Source of the DNA: Candidatus Crickella equi | Lineage (GTDB): Bacteria > Bacillota > Clostridia > Peptostreptococcales > Anaerovoracaceae | NCBI GenBank assembly: GCA_018064755.1 | Contig: JAGHUP010000009.1 | Span: 5,701-69,700, forward strand | Reading direction: 5' to 3' | DNA length: 64,000 nucleotides | Part shown: positions 46,466 through 55,400 of the stretch, piece by piece | Layout of the letters: every line of letters begins with the position of its first letter | How positions within the stretch are numbered: position 1 is the first letter of the stretch | Translations under genes and position numbers: made by a program | The notes under the pieces: generated by a model | The model's input: only the letters and a program-made list of their open reading frames with translations | The model's database searches: none | What the model was told of the DNA's origin: nothing

Positions 46466-46737
46466 ATTAAGGAATATAATCGGGTATTCGTTTTCTCAAA
46501 GAAGGAATAAAATCGGAACATTTACCCTCTCCAGTGCTTTTTCTTTTGGCTCTGTCGTGTCTGCTACTGAAGAAGTCAATCAATGCGTGCGATTCGACTA
46601 CTTTGATCCGGCCGTAGTCTGCTGATGGGAATGCTCGTCGTAACAACTCCGGCTATATGGGTATCTCGTACGCAATGCGGATCCCGGGCTCGGTAGATGT
46701 TCTATATTGGTCGTCGTCATGGCTTACTTCGTTGGGT

Positions 46738-46765
46738 ATTATATAAACGGACACGTGTTCGTCAA
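46738..46765 (-). promoter_or_regulatory. orphan near-consensus promoter
   Basis: Reverse strand TTGACG-16 nt-TATAAT with ACACGTGT in the spacer. It points into an ORF-poor stretch of ~250 nt. Confidence 0.5.
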
Positions 46766-46832
46766 CAGTTTTTTATAAATTTCCTAAAAATTTTCTGCAA
46801 GAAAAAACCGCTGGCCTAAACCAACAGCTCTT

Positions 46833-46867
46833 CAGTCCTTCTCTCATTATCTGTATCTGATTCTCTG
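46833..46867. repeat. 35-bp direct repeat, copy 1 (remnant of a ycxB-like gene 3' end)
   Basis: CAGTCCTTCTCTCATTATCTGTATCTGATTCTCTG matches 47797-47831 at 32/35 positions. Confidence 0.85.
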
Positions 46868-46895
46868 TCGCGCGATGATACAATGCAATGCCCTA

Positions 46896-47747
46896 TCATT
46901 CTTCTGTTTCATAATAATAGGAATAGTCAATGCCCTTCATAATGATTTCTCGATTATCGATATCATCGGTAAGTGCATTCTGTATCAGTTTAAATATCCT
47001 CTGTGAATCAACCACGCTTTCTCTCATAGCATCGAAATAATCTGTTTTGTCTATCTTGCTCCAGTCAACGCAATTCTTCAGGTTCTTCTTTAGAATGAGA
47101 TCCAGCCATATACGTGTGCTACGACCATTGCCTTCCATGAATGGATGTGCAACATTCATCTCCACATACTTATCAACGATATGCTCCAATGTATCCTCAG
47201 GCATTGCTTCTATCTTGGCAAGGCTCTCTGGAAGATACATCGCCTGTGCAAAAGCAAATCCACCTTTGGCAATATTCATAGTGCGAATCTGTCCGGCAAA
47301 GTCATACAAACCGCCAAAGATATAACTGTGAATCTGTTGCAGTCCTTTAATAGTTCCTACCTCGATATTATCAATGAAGCCGCTCTCGAATAATTCATAC
47401 GCCTTCTGCTTGCTCTTTTCATCAAGCGAAGTCTCCATATTCTTCATCCATTTAGCGAAGACATCTGATTTCTTACTTGGAATTAAAGCAATCAGTGTAT
47501 TCAGGCCGTCCTCATCCACAACGTCTGTGTTATAGAACTTGCCATCCTTAGCTTTTAATTTCAGTTGTCCACAAATTGAGGACAACTCAATGTTTCTAGT
47601 TTTCAGTGTATTCCAATATCTTCTTGAATTAGTAGAACTAGTTATTGCCTCGACAACATCTGCAGCACAAAACCACCATTTGGAACTCTCGTCATCCCAA
47701 ACAGCACGTACCGGCACATCTTCAAAAAAACGTATTGAAGTTTTCAT
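46896..47747 (-). CDS. BRO-N-like DNA-binding domain fused to Fic (AMPylase-type) domain
   Basis: The N-terminus [31 protein letters not shown] is BRO-N-like. The Fic motif is [12 protein letters not shown]. The C-terminus ends ..[10 protein letters not shown]. Confidence 0.8.
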   Translation of the reverse strand: MKTSIRFFEDVPVRAVWDDESSKWWFCAADVVEAITSSTNSRRYWNTLKTRNIELSSICGQLKLKAKDGKFYNTDVVDEDGLNTLIALIPSKKSDVFAKWMKNMETSLDEKSKQKAYELFESGFIDNIEVGTIKGLQQIHSYIFGGLYDFAGQIRTMNIAKGGFAFAQAMYLPESLAKIEAMPEDTLEHIVDKYVEMNVAHPFMEGNGRSTRIWLDLILKKNLKNCVDWSKIDKTDYFDAMRESVVDSQRIFKLIQNALTDDIDNREIIMKGIDYSYYYETEE

Positions 47748-47793
47748 ATAGCGTATCTCCTATGTGGATATTGTACTAAATCAACCAGCAGTT

Positions 47794-48333
47794 TTACAGT
47801 CCTTCCTTCATTATCTGTATCCGATTCTCTGCCAGGTACTCTGTAATCTCATCTTTGTATGTCGTAGACACAGCCAATATAAAGCCTGTTGCATCAGAAT
47901 CCAGAAAGCAGACCGACGATTTGAACGCTCTGACGAAAGCGATGTGATCCCAACCCAGGCGAGCCGACTTCGAGTCGCCCTTGCGTAGTTCGACACCGTT
48001 CTCATCAAGAATCAGCTGCGACGGTCTACTATCCGCAAGCAGCGTTTTGTACAGCTTCATTATTCCCGGATATGTAGCCAGCAATAGGACTAGACTGAGA
48101 ATTGCGAATGCCAATGTCACAATCAATAGAGCAGCTCGCTCTCCCCTGATAAAGTCTGCGCCAAACATAACCAGCAATATAACATCCATGCATAGGAGCA
48201 CCCTGTACAAACGAATGGTATCATTAATCTTGCGCTCCGGCTTCCGTAGCAACGCCTTGTAATTAGTTGTCACGCTAACCACATCTCTGCAGAACGCATC
48301 CGTATTCTTTTCCTGAATATCAATAATCTTCAT
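47794..48333 (-). CDS. YcxB-like membrane protein
   Basis: Two central TM helices followed by a bPH-like C-terminal region. The call rests on overall YcxB-family architecture only. Confidence 0.4.
   Translation of the reverse strand: MKIIDIQEKNTDAFCRDVVSVTTNYKALLRKPERKINDTIRLYRVLLCMDVILLVMFGADFIRGERAALLIVTLAFAILSLVLLLATYPGIMKLYKTLLADSRPSQLILDENGVELRKGDSKSARLGWDHIAFVRAFKSSVCFLDSDATGFILAVSTTYKDEITEYLAENRIQIMKEGL
47797..47831. repeat. 35-bp direct repeat, copy 2 (authentic 3' end of the ycxB-like gene)
   Basis: CAGTCCTTCCTTCATTATCTGTATCCGATTCTCTG. Confidence 0.85.
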
Positions 48334-48343
48334 AATAGGCTCA

Positions 48344-48715
48344 CTATCCTACTCGTCTGACGAAATTAATCGTCTCCATATCCCTGCTCTCAATCTCGAA
48401 CCCCAGGTTCTCATATATCTGATACGCCCAGTGCTCCACCGAGATACTATACCTGACAATACTGCAACCGGACTCAATCAGATAATTCATGAGCTTGTGC
48501 AACAACTCAGTGCCTATCCCGTATTCCTTATAGTCAGGCTTGAGATTCATATGCATCACAGCCTCGCCGTCGAATACATCAGCCCAAGCCAAACCGGCAA
48601 CATTCCCATCAATCTTAGCCACGAATCCATTCTCACCAAAACGATCAACGGTATATCGCCCATCATACGGCCAACCCACACGCCTCGTATTCAGATAGTC
48701 AGAGATGTATGACAT
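48344..48715 (-). CDS. GNAT family N-acetyltransferase
   Basis: KEYGIGTELLHKLMNYL (R/Q-x-x-G-x-G/A acetyl-CoA motif), 123 aa. Confidence 0.7.
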   Translation of the reverse strand: MSYISDYLNTRRVGWPYDGRYTVDRFGENGFVAKIDGNVAGLAWADVFDGEAVMHMNLKPDYKEYGIGTELLHKLMNYLIESGCSIVRYSISVEHWAYQIYENLGFEIESRDMETINFVRRVG

Positions 48716-48824
48716 TATAACTCCTCGTTGGTCGGCAATACCACAGAATCAATCACTGATATGTAATAGCGTACCCTATAAAGAATATCATACTAATAAG
48801 TTGTTCAAAACAATAATATCATAA

Positions 48825-49031
48825 AGTGTCAAGGAAAGGAGATTAGTATGCAACGTCAACACTGAAGAACTGTATCGATGGAAGAATTTATCTGTTCGAC
48901 AGATGAAAGAATCTGTTGCTGAATACATAGAAAAATACAATCGCGAGAGACCGCAATTACTACTGGGCAACATACCTCCAGCCGTGTATGAAGCAAATTA
49001 TTACAGCAATCACAAGGATTGCGGCAAATAA
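48825..49031 (+). mobile_element. IS3-family transposase C-terminal remnant
   Basis: The open frame without a start codon reads ..TEELYRWKNLSVRQMKESVAEYIEKYNRERPQLLLGNIPPAVYEANYY.., the typical tail of DDE integrase-core transposases (..Y.YN..RP...L....P..). Confidence 0.6.
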
Positions 49032-49043
49032 TCTAACAGCCTT

Positions 49044-49067
49044 GTGGGTTCGCGCCCCACGGTTTTT
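49044..49067 (+). terminator. short GC hairpin plus T run after the transposase remnant
   Basis: GTGGG-TTCGCGC-CCCAC-GGTTTTT. Confidence 0.35.
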
Positions 49068-49189
49068 GAAGTTTTGAAACGTTTTTTCAGAAATATTAAA
49101 CTCCGCCTGTTTTCTAAAACCTTTGAAAACACTAAAAATGAGAGGTGCTAACGGACTTTCATGTTCGTATAGCTTACCTCTCATCACTG

Positions 49190-49277
49190 TGGCGGAGGAC
49201 ATGGGACTCGAACCCACGGGGCTGTTACACCTTACCTGATTTCCAATCAGGCTCCTTAGCCGCTCGGTCAATCCTCC
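49190..49277 (-). tRNA. tRNA-Ser (anticodon GGA)
   Basis: Reverse strand GGAGGAT..CCTGA-TTGGAAA-TCAGG..long variable arm..GTGGGTTCGAGTCCCAT-GTCCTCC-G-CCA. Confidence 0.9.
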
Positions 49278-49355
49278 ACATCGGCTAATTATAATAATAT
49301 ATGTAACGCTTGCGCGCTCAATTAAGATACCATAATTGAGCGCTAATTGCAAGGC

Positions 49356-50030
49356 TTAAATGCGTTTGAAGCGTGGAACTTCCTCGCCATCTACGATGAC
49401 GGTTTCATTCCACATTGTTGCCGGACGAGCCCAGACTCTACCCTCTCCGTAGAGCGCGCGGTAGATGACCATTGCTTCAAGGTTCTCGCTGTGTCTGGCC
49501 ATACAGATTACCTCGTACTCATTGCCCTTGTAGTGTCTATAACGACCAGGCTCAATCTCAATAAATGCATCGAGGAATCCTCTGCATCCGGTCACTATAT
49601 CCTGATATGTCTGCTCAAAATCACCAGTGTACCAAGGATCTGCAACGTCGTCCTTCCTGCCATGAACATAATCAGGATGCGCCCAGTTAAGCATCTTGCT
49701 AATCTTGTGTTGTGGATCAGCTGGGATGATTCTCTTCAGATTGCGCATATTGTTCTCATCCATGCAGATGATGTAGTCGAACTTGTCGTAATCCTCCGGG
49801 GTTACAAGGTGCGCCTTGCGTGCCTTGTAAGGAATTCCGTGGGAATCCATGCAACTCTTAGCCGGTGGATAGATATCGTTACCTATCTCCTCACGACTAG
49901 TCGCTGCTGACTCCACGTGAAAATTCTCAGCCGAATGATTGCTCGACTCGTGGATCATATGATTCATAATAGCTTCAGCCATCGGCGATCTACAGATATT
50001 GCCGTGGCATATGAATAATATTTTCTTCAT
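49356..50030 (-). CDS. low-molecular-weight protein-tyrosine phosphatase fused to a DUF1653-like C-terminal domain
   Basis: FICHGNICRSPMAE (CX5R-S P-loop) and DP. The C-terminus RYRHYKGNEYEVICMARHSENLEAMVIYRALYGEG matches the DUF1653 pattern. Confidence 0.75.
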   Translation of the reverse strand: MKKILFICHGNICRSPMAEAIMNHMIHESSNHSAENFHVESAATSREEIGNDIYPPAKSCMDSHGIPYKARKAHLVTPEDYDKFDYIICMDENNMRNLKRIIPADPQHKISKMLNWAHPDYVHGRKDDVADPWYTGDFEQTYQDIVTGCRGFLDAFIEIEPGRYRHYKGNEYEVICMARHSENLEAMVIYRALYGEGRVWARPATMWNETVIVDGEEVPRFKRI

Positions 50031-50062
50031 GTCCCTCTTAGCCCGTTCCTAACGGGTACATT
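50029..50062 (-). repeat. 35-nt conserved element, copy C
   Basis: Reverse strand AATGTACCCGTTAGGAACGGGCTAAGAGGGACATG. Its 3' end supplies AAGAGGGA plus the ATG of the phosphatase gene. Confidence 0.85.
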
Positions 50063-50064
50063 TT

Positions 50065-50553
50065 TTACATTTTTACGAAGTGTACTTCATTTCCGTTCTT
50101 CTTGATGAGCTTCACGACGTCGCGGCAGTTGACGTATACAGTCGCAGTATTGTCGCATGGGTGAATGCCCATTGTTTTGTTCTCGAAATCCTTGTCAAGG
50201 AAGAAGATAACATCATGTGGCTCGTTGTTCAGCAGGCCGAATGGTGTTACTGCTCCTCGATAGAGTCCGAGCTTGTCCATCAGGTCGTCTTCTGATGCGA
50301 AGGACAGTGGACGAGTTCCGTGCTCATTTCTGAATTCCTTGAGATTCATCTTCTTGTCCTCGAGGCAAGTGATCAGATAATACTTCTGCTTCTTGTCATC
50401 GCGAACAAAGAGGTTCTTGGCAATTTGCTCAGGATGAGGAAGGCCACACTCGAGCATCTCGTCAATTGTGAACACAGCTTTGTGCTCTACGATTTCATAT
50501 TTAATCTTGTTGCTGTCAAGTAGCTCAATAATGTCTTGTTTAGTCAATGCCAT
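50065..50553 (-). CDS. YbaK/ProX-type aminoacyl-tRNA editing domain protein
   Basis: MALTKQDIIELLDSNKIKYEIVEH.. and ..GAVTPFGL.. fit the prolyl-tRNA editing family. Start placed at the AAAGGAG-preceded ATG. Confidence 0.7.
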   Translation of the reverse strand: MALTKQDIIELLDSNKIKYEIVEHKAVFTIDEMLECGLPHPEQIAKNLFVRDDKKQKYYLITCLEDKKMNLKEFRNEHGTRPLSFASEDDLMDKLGLYRGAVTPFGLLNNEPHDVIFFLDKDFENKTMGIHPCDNTATVYVNCRDVVKLIKKNGNEVHFVKM

Positions 50554-50620
50554 AAGGATGCTCCTTTCAAGTGTGTCCCCTTGTTGCAATTCTGCAATTT
50601 AGGTCTGACCCGTTGTTGCA

Positions 50621-51355
50621 TTAGATAAACGCCGCAGCTACTGCAAAGATGATTGCCGGCATCAGGTTAGCTACCTTGATGCGGCCGCGGCCGTCGATGA
50701 TGATGTTAATTCCGATACAGAATATCAGGATATTGCCGACAAGGCCAAGATTGCTCAAGGCCGCATCAGTCATGATTGGCTCGAGGGCTTTGGCGAGGAG
50801 CGTGATTGAGCCCTGCCAGATGCCAACTGGGATAGCTGCGAACATACAGCCCTTGCCCATTGAAGATGTCATTACCATGATGATAACAAAGTCGAGGATG
50901 GCTTTGGTGATGAGCAGCGTATGGTCGCCACTTACTCCATCCATAATCGCTCCGAGCACAGCCATTGCACCAATACACACTGTCAGCGATGCAGTAACAA
51001 ATCCATCTACGAAGGCGATATCCTTAGCACTACCTGACTTTATCTTGAGCCAAGTTCCAAGACGCTCCATCTGGCTCTCGATGTCGATTATCTCACCGAC
51101 AATTCCGCCGAGAACAAGCGACGCGATAATCACATAAGTTCCCTGCGTTGTGATGTCGAAGGTCGAACTAGCACCACTGCCATTCTGAGCAATGTTCAAC
51201 ATTTCCGCTACGAATCCGGAGATTGCAAGTGCGATAATGCTGAGACCCATTGCCAGGTTGATGGTCTTCTGGAATCTTTCATTAAGGAGTTTGCCGGCAA
51301 CCAGACCTACAAGTCCGCCGCCGACAATTGCTACTACATTAATTAGTGTTCCCAT
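50621..51355 (-). CDS. DUF554 family membrane protein
   Basis: MGTLINVVAIVGGGLVGL.. start and a ~7-TM layout typical of YdfK/DUF554. Confidence 0.7.
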   Translation of the reverse strand: MGTLINVVAIVGGGLVGLVAGKLLNERFQKTINLAMGLSIIALAISGFVAEMLNIAQNGSGASSTFDITTQGTYVIIASLVLGGIVGEIIDIESQMERLGTWLKIKSGSAKDIAFVDGFVTASLTVCIGAMAVLGAIMDGVSGDHTLLITKAILDFVIIMVMTSSMGKGCMFAAIPVGIWQGSITLLAKALEPIMTDAALSNLGLVGNILIFCIGINIIIDGRGRIKVANLMPAIIFAVAAAFI

Positions 51356-52440
51356 TATAATAATACAAATCTCATCTGTACCGGGTTGTGATCCGAATAC
51401 TTGAACTCCTCATTCAGTACCTCGGATGAAACCACCCATACGTTATCTGTTGTCAAGAATCCATCGACAGTGCACTCGAAAGTCTTACCCTTCTTGTACG
51501 GCATATCGTTATTTCTGCAACTTGCAATTTTCTTATCTCTATCGAATGGAGCAATTAGCTTGATGTGCTGCGGAATATCCTCAACCGGATATGGATTACA
51601 CCAGCTTGAGAAAGCATTCAGTGGCACTCCGAATATCTTAGGTGATTCTCCGAGCAAATCCATGTTGAAGTCGCCACTGGCAACCACATAGTTGCCCTTT
51701 TCATACTCCTCCAGCATCGTATCGTACACCATCTTAACCTGTCTCTTGACGATTGACGGGTCAGTTGTGTAAGCGGACAGATGCAGGTTAATCAGCACGA
51801 GTTCCTTGCCGTTATCAGTTGGCATTCTGCTAACGCTGAAACATCTGTCAAGGTCCAAAACCTTCGCGAAGTCCGTCTGAATCGGCAGGCTGCGACGCAG
51901 CGAATCTGTAAGATTCGTGCGGCTCAAGGTAACGAGGCCCGCTTTGTTCGCACCATGTGGTCTAGTGATTGGGTAGAACAGATACGGTGAATCGTAGTTC
52001 TGCGCAAAGACGTAAGAGTAATCGCGCATCGCTGAGCGAATGAGCTCGCGCTCGTCTACTTTGTAGGAACGAGTCGCATCGAAGTCGACCTCCTGAATGT
52101 TGTAGAAGTCAGAATCCTCCTCTCTCAGACGCGTGTCGATGTAGTTCATGCTGTCGAGAACCGCCTGTTCAGAACGCGCACGGGACTCCTTGCCGCCATC
52201 CATGAAGAAGGTGTAGTCCTGCAGGTAAGCCGCAAAACCAATATTCCAGGATGTCAGCTCGAGTGTCTTGTAAGTGTGAACAGCGTCGGTCGACTCTCTC
52301 GCATTATGAATGTCGAGCGCCAAGTTGTCCTCAAGCCTGTCATAGGACAAGAAGACGTACGCAATATAACCAACAGCGATAATTATTATCGCGATGAGTA
52401 TGTTAAGAGCTATTCCAATTGCACGTTTTTTAATCTTCAT
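51355..52440 (-). CDS. endonuclease/exonuclease/phosphatase (EEP) family protein, membrane anchored
   Basis: N-terminal TM, LTSWNIG.., GDFN, and C-terminal SDHNPV motifs. Confidence 0.8.
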   Translation of the reverse strand: MKIKKRAIGIALNILIAIIIIAVGYIAYVFLSYDRLEDNLALDIHNARESTDAVHTYKTLELTSWNIGFAAYLQDYTFFMDGGKESRARSEQAVLDSMNYIDTRLREEDSDFYNIQEVDFDATRSYKVDERELIRSAMRDYSYVFAQNYDSPYLFYPITRPHGANKAGLVTLSRTNLTDSLRRSLPIQTDFAKVLDLDRCFSVSRMPTDNGKELVLINLHLSAYTTDPSIVKRQVKMVYDTMLEEYEKGNYVVASGDFNMDLLGESPKIFGVPLNAFSSWCNPYPVEDIPQHIKLIAPFDRDKKIASCRNNDMPYKKGKTFECTVDGFLTTDNVWVVSSEVLNEEFKYSDHNPVQMRFVLL

Positions 52441-52449
52441 AATTTTACA

Positions 52450-55400
52450 TTATTGCTGATCTTCGAGGCGGGCGATGAGCTGGCCGCTCTTAACGCTGTC
52501 GCCTTCCTTGACGTAGATGTTGGAGATGAGGCCAGTGCCTGTGGAGATTACGTTGGTCTCCATCTTCATGGCTTCGATGATAGCAACCGGCTGACCCTGT
52601 TCTACCTTGTCGCCCTTCTGAACGAGGACTTTGATGATAGTTCCAGGGATGTTCGCGCCAATCTCGTGACCGTCATCCTGCTTAGCAAACTGTATCTGAG
52701 TGCCGGCAACTGACTTAGTCAGAGCCTGCTTGTCCTTAATTGTTACGACACGGCTGTAGCCATTAACTGTGAACGAAAGGTCACGATTGCCGGCTTCATC
52801 GGCTTTGCCGATACGGTCGAGAGTAACAACAAGAATCTTACCTTCTCTCATTTTAATCTCGACGGTCTGTCCAACTGCAACTCCGTGGAAGAATACATCA
52901 GATCCCATGTTACGGAAGTTACCCTGTGTCTCGAGCTTCTTGATGTACTCATCGAACACCTTGTTGTACATTGAGTAAGAAACCTGCTCCTGATCTGTTC
53001 CCTCGAGTCCGAGGTCATCAACGAGGTGCTTCTTGATTGCGTCGAAGTCATCTGGTGGCAGGAGCTCGCCAGGTCTGCAAGTGATTGGTTCTTTGCCCTT
53101 GAGAACAACCTTCTGAAGGTCCTCAGGGAAACCGAATTCAGGTTGACCAATCATTCCCTCGAAGTATGAAACCGTGCTGTCTGGGAAGTCCATGTTAGCG
53201 CCCTTCTCGCAGATATTCTCCGGTGTCAGATCGTTCTGAACCATGAAAATTGCGAGGTCGCCAACTACTTTGGATGATGGAGTTACCTTAACGATATCTC
53301 CGAGCATCTGGTTAACCTTGACGTACATTTCCTTAACTTCATCGAACTTGTATCCGATGCCGAATGACTCGACCTGTGGCTTTAAGTTGGAGTACTGTCC
53401 GCCAGGAATCTCGAGGCGGTAGATCTCTGCGCTGGCTGCCTTAAGGTCTGACTCGAAATCGCAGTAAACCGGTCTAATATCTGTCCAGTAGTCTGAGATG
53501 AGCTGCAGTCCTCTCTGGTCGAGACCAGTATCTCTCTCTGAATTCTCGAGTGCTGCGATTACGGAGTTCAGCGCTGGCTGTGAAGTCAGTCCTGACATTG
53601 AGTTGAACGCAGCGTCGATAATGTCTACTCCTGCAGCTGCTGCCATCAACAGTGTTGCAACTCCGTTACCGGATGTGTCGTGAGTGTGAAGGTGGATAGG
53701 AACAGCAACTTCGTTCTTAAGCGCTGTTACGAGTTTGGATGCAGCCATTGGCTTGATGAGGCCTGACATATCCTTGATGCCGATGATGTGAGCACCCATC
53801 TTCTCGAGTTCCTTAGCCTTCTTAACGTAGTACTCGAGTGTGTATTTGTCTCTAGTCTCGTCTAAAATATCGCCTGTGTAGCAGATCGCAGGTTCAGCGA
53901 TACCGCCAACATTCAGCACTTCGTCGAGAGCTACTTCAATTCCCTTAGTCCAGTTCAGCGAGTCGAAGATACGGAATACATCTATCCCTGCCTTTTTGGC
54001 CTCCTGAACGAACTTGCGAATAGTGTTATCTGGATAGTTCTTATATCCAACTGCGTTAGCTCCTCTGATGAGCATCTGCATCAGAACGTTAGGAATCTCT
54101 TCTCTCAAGAGCTCGAGTCTCTCCCATGGGTCCTCACCGAGGAATCTCATAGAAGTATCGAAAGTAGCTCCGCCCCACATCTCGTAAGAGAACATGTCCT
54201 TACCGTAGTAAGCCATTGCTGGCGCGATTCGCTCCATATCCTTAGTTCTAACACGTGTAGCCAACAGTGACTGCTGAGCATCACGCAGTGATGTATCTGT
54301 TACGAGAACCTTCTTCTGAGCCAGTGCCCAATCTGCCAGTCCCTTAGCGCCCTTTTCATCGAAAATCTGTTTGGTTCCATAGAGCGATTTTTTGGAAAAT
54401 GTACCATTTAGGAACGGGCTAGGAGGTACATTAGGGGCGTTGAAGGTGCCCGCTTTGGTCTTGTGTTGGTTGACAGCCATGTCGCCGAGGAATTCGAGGA
54501 CCTGAAGTTCCTTGTTAGGAACGGCTCTGATGTCGAGCAGACTTGGATTGTTCTCAATGAATCCTGTGTTGCACTCACCCTTACGGAAAGTTGGGTGGTT
54601 CAGGAGGTTCAGCAGGAAGCCGATGTTAGTCTTTACTCCCTCAATCTTCATCTCCTTGAGAGCACGAACGGCTTTGCGGCACATACCTTCGAAAGTACGG
54701 TCGTGTGCGCACACCTTAACAAGCAGGCTGTCGTAGTAAGGTGAAATAACGGAACCTGTGAATCCGTTACCACCGTCCAGTCTGATACCGTTACCAGAAG
54801 CGGATCTATACTGAGTGATAGTTCCTGTGTCCGGTGCAAAATTATTAGTAGCATCCTCGGTAGTTACACGACACTGAATTGCATAGCCATTCAGTGTGAT
54901 GTCTGACTGTTTGCGGATGTTAATCTGTGGTGAATCAAGTGCGTAGCCCTCAGCGATGAGAACCATTGCCTGAACCAGGTCAACGCCTGTAACCATTTCA
55001 GATACAGTGTGCTCAACCTGAATACGAGTGTTCATCTCGATGAAGTAGTGGTTGCCTTCCTTGTCTACGAGGAACTCAACTGTTCCTGCAGATCTATAGT
55101 TAACAGCCTTGGCAATCTTGATTGCGTCATCGCAGATAGCCCTGCGCTGCTGATCTGTCAGTGTCAGGGATGGGGTAAATTCAACTACCTTCTGATGTCT
55201 TCTCTGTACTGAGCAGTCTCTCTCGTAGAGATGTACGATATTGCCGTACTTATCTCCGAGGATCTGAACTTCGATATGTTTTGGCTCTTCGATGTACTTC
55301 TCGATGAAGATATCACCATTGCCGAATGCCTTAACTGCTTCGCTCTGTGCGCTCTTGAACTGAGAGATAAGGTCTTCTTCCTTACGAACGATTCTCATAC

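Noticed and set aside
46690-46700. GGATCCCGGG (BamHI/SmaI-like polylinker string), plus nearby CGTACG and CGGCCG sites, suggesting cloning-vector contamination.
   Set aside because: These are short palindromes with no flanking vector-like sequence. Chance occurrence in a GC-richer patch is the simpler explanation.
46595-46720. 42-codon minus-strand ORF (MTTTNIEHLPSPGSALRTRYPYSRSCYDEHSHQQTTAGSK) downstream of the orphan promoter.
   Set aside because: It has no SD and an unrecognisable, compositionally odd product. It is kept only as part of the candidate ncRNA/relic finding.
49044-49060. tRNA T-arm-like GTGGGTTCGCGCCCCAC as a possible att duplicate of tRNA-Ser(GGA).
   Set aside because: It is on the opposite strand to the tRNA gene, matches only the generic GTTCG T-loop, and has no acceptor-stem match. 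It is more likely a small terminator hairpin.
48960-49352. 130-aa minus-strand ORF, and the 61-aa ORF at 48788-48973.
   Set aside because: The first runs straight through tRNA-Ser(GGA). The second is antisense to the transposase remnant. Neither has a recognisable product.
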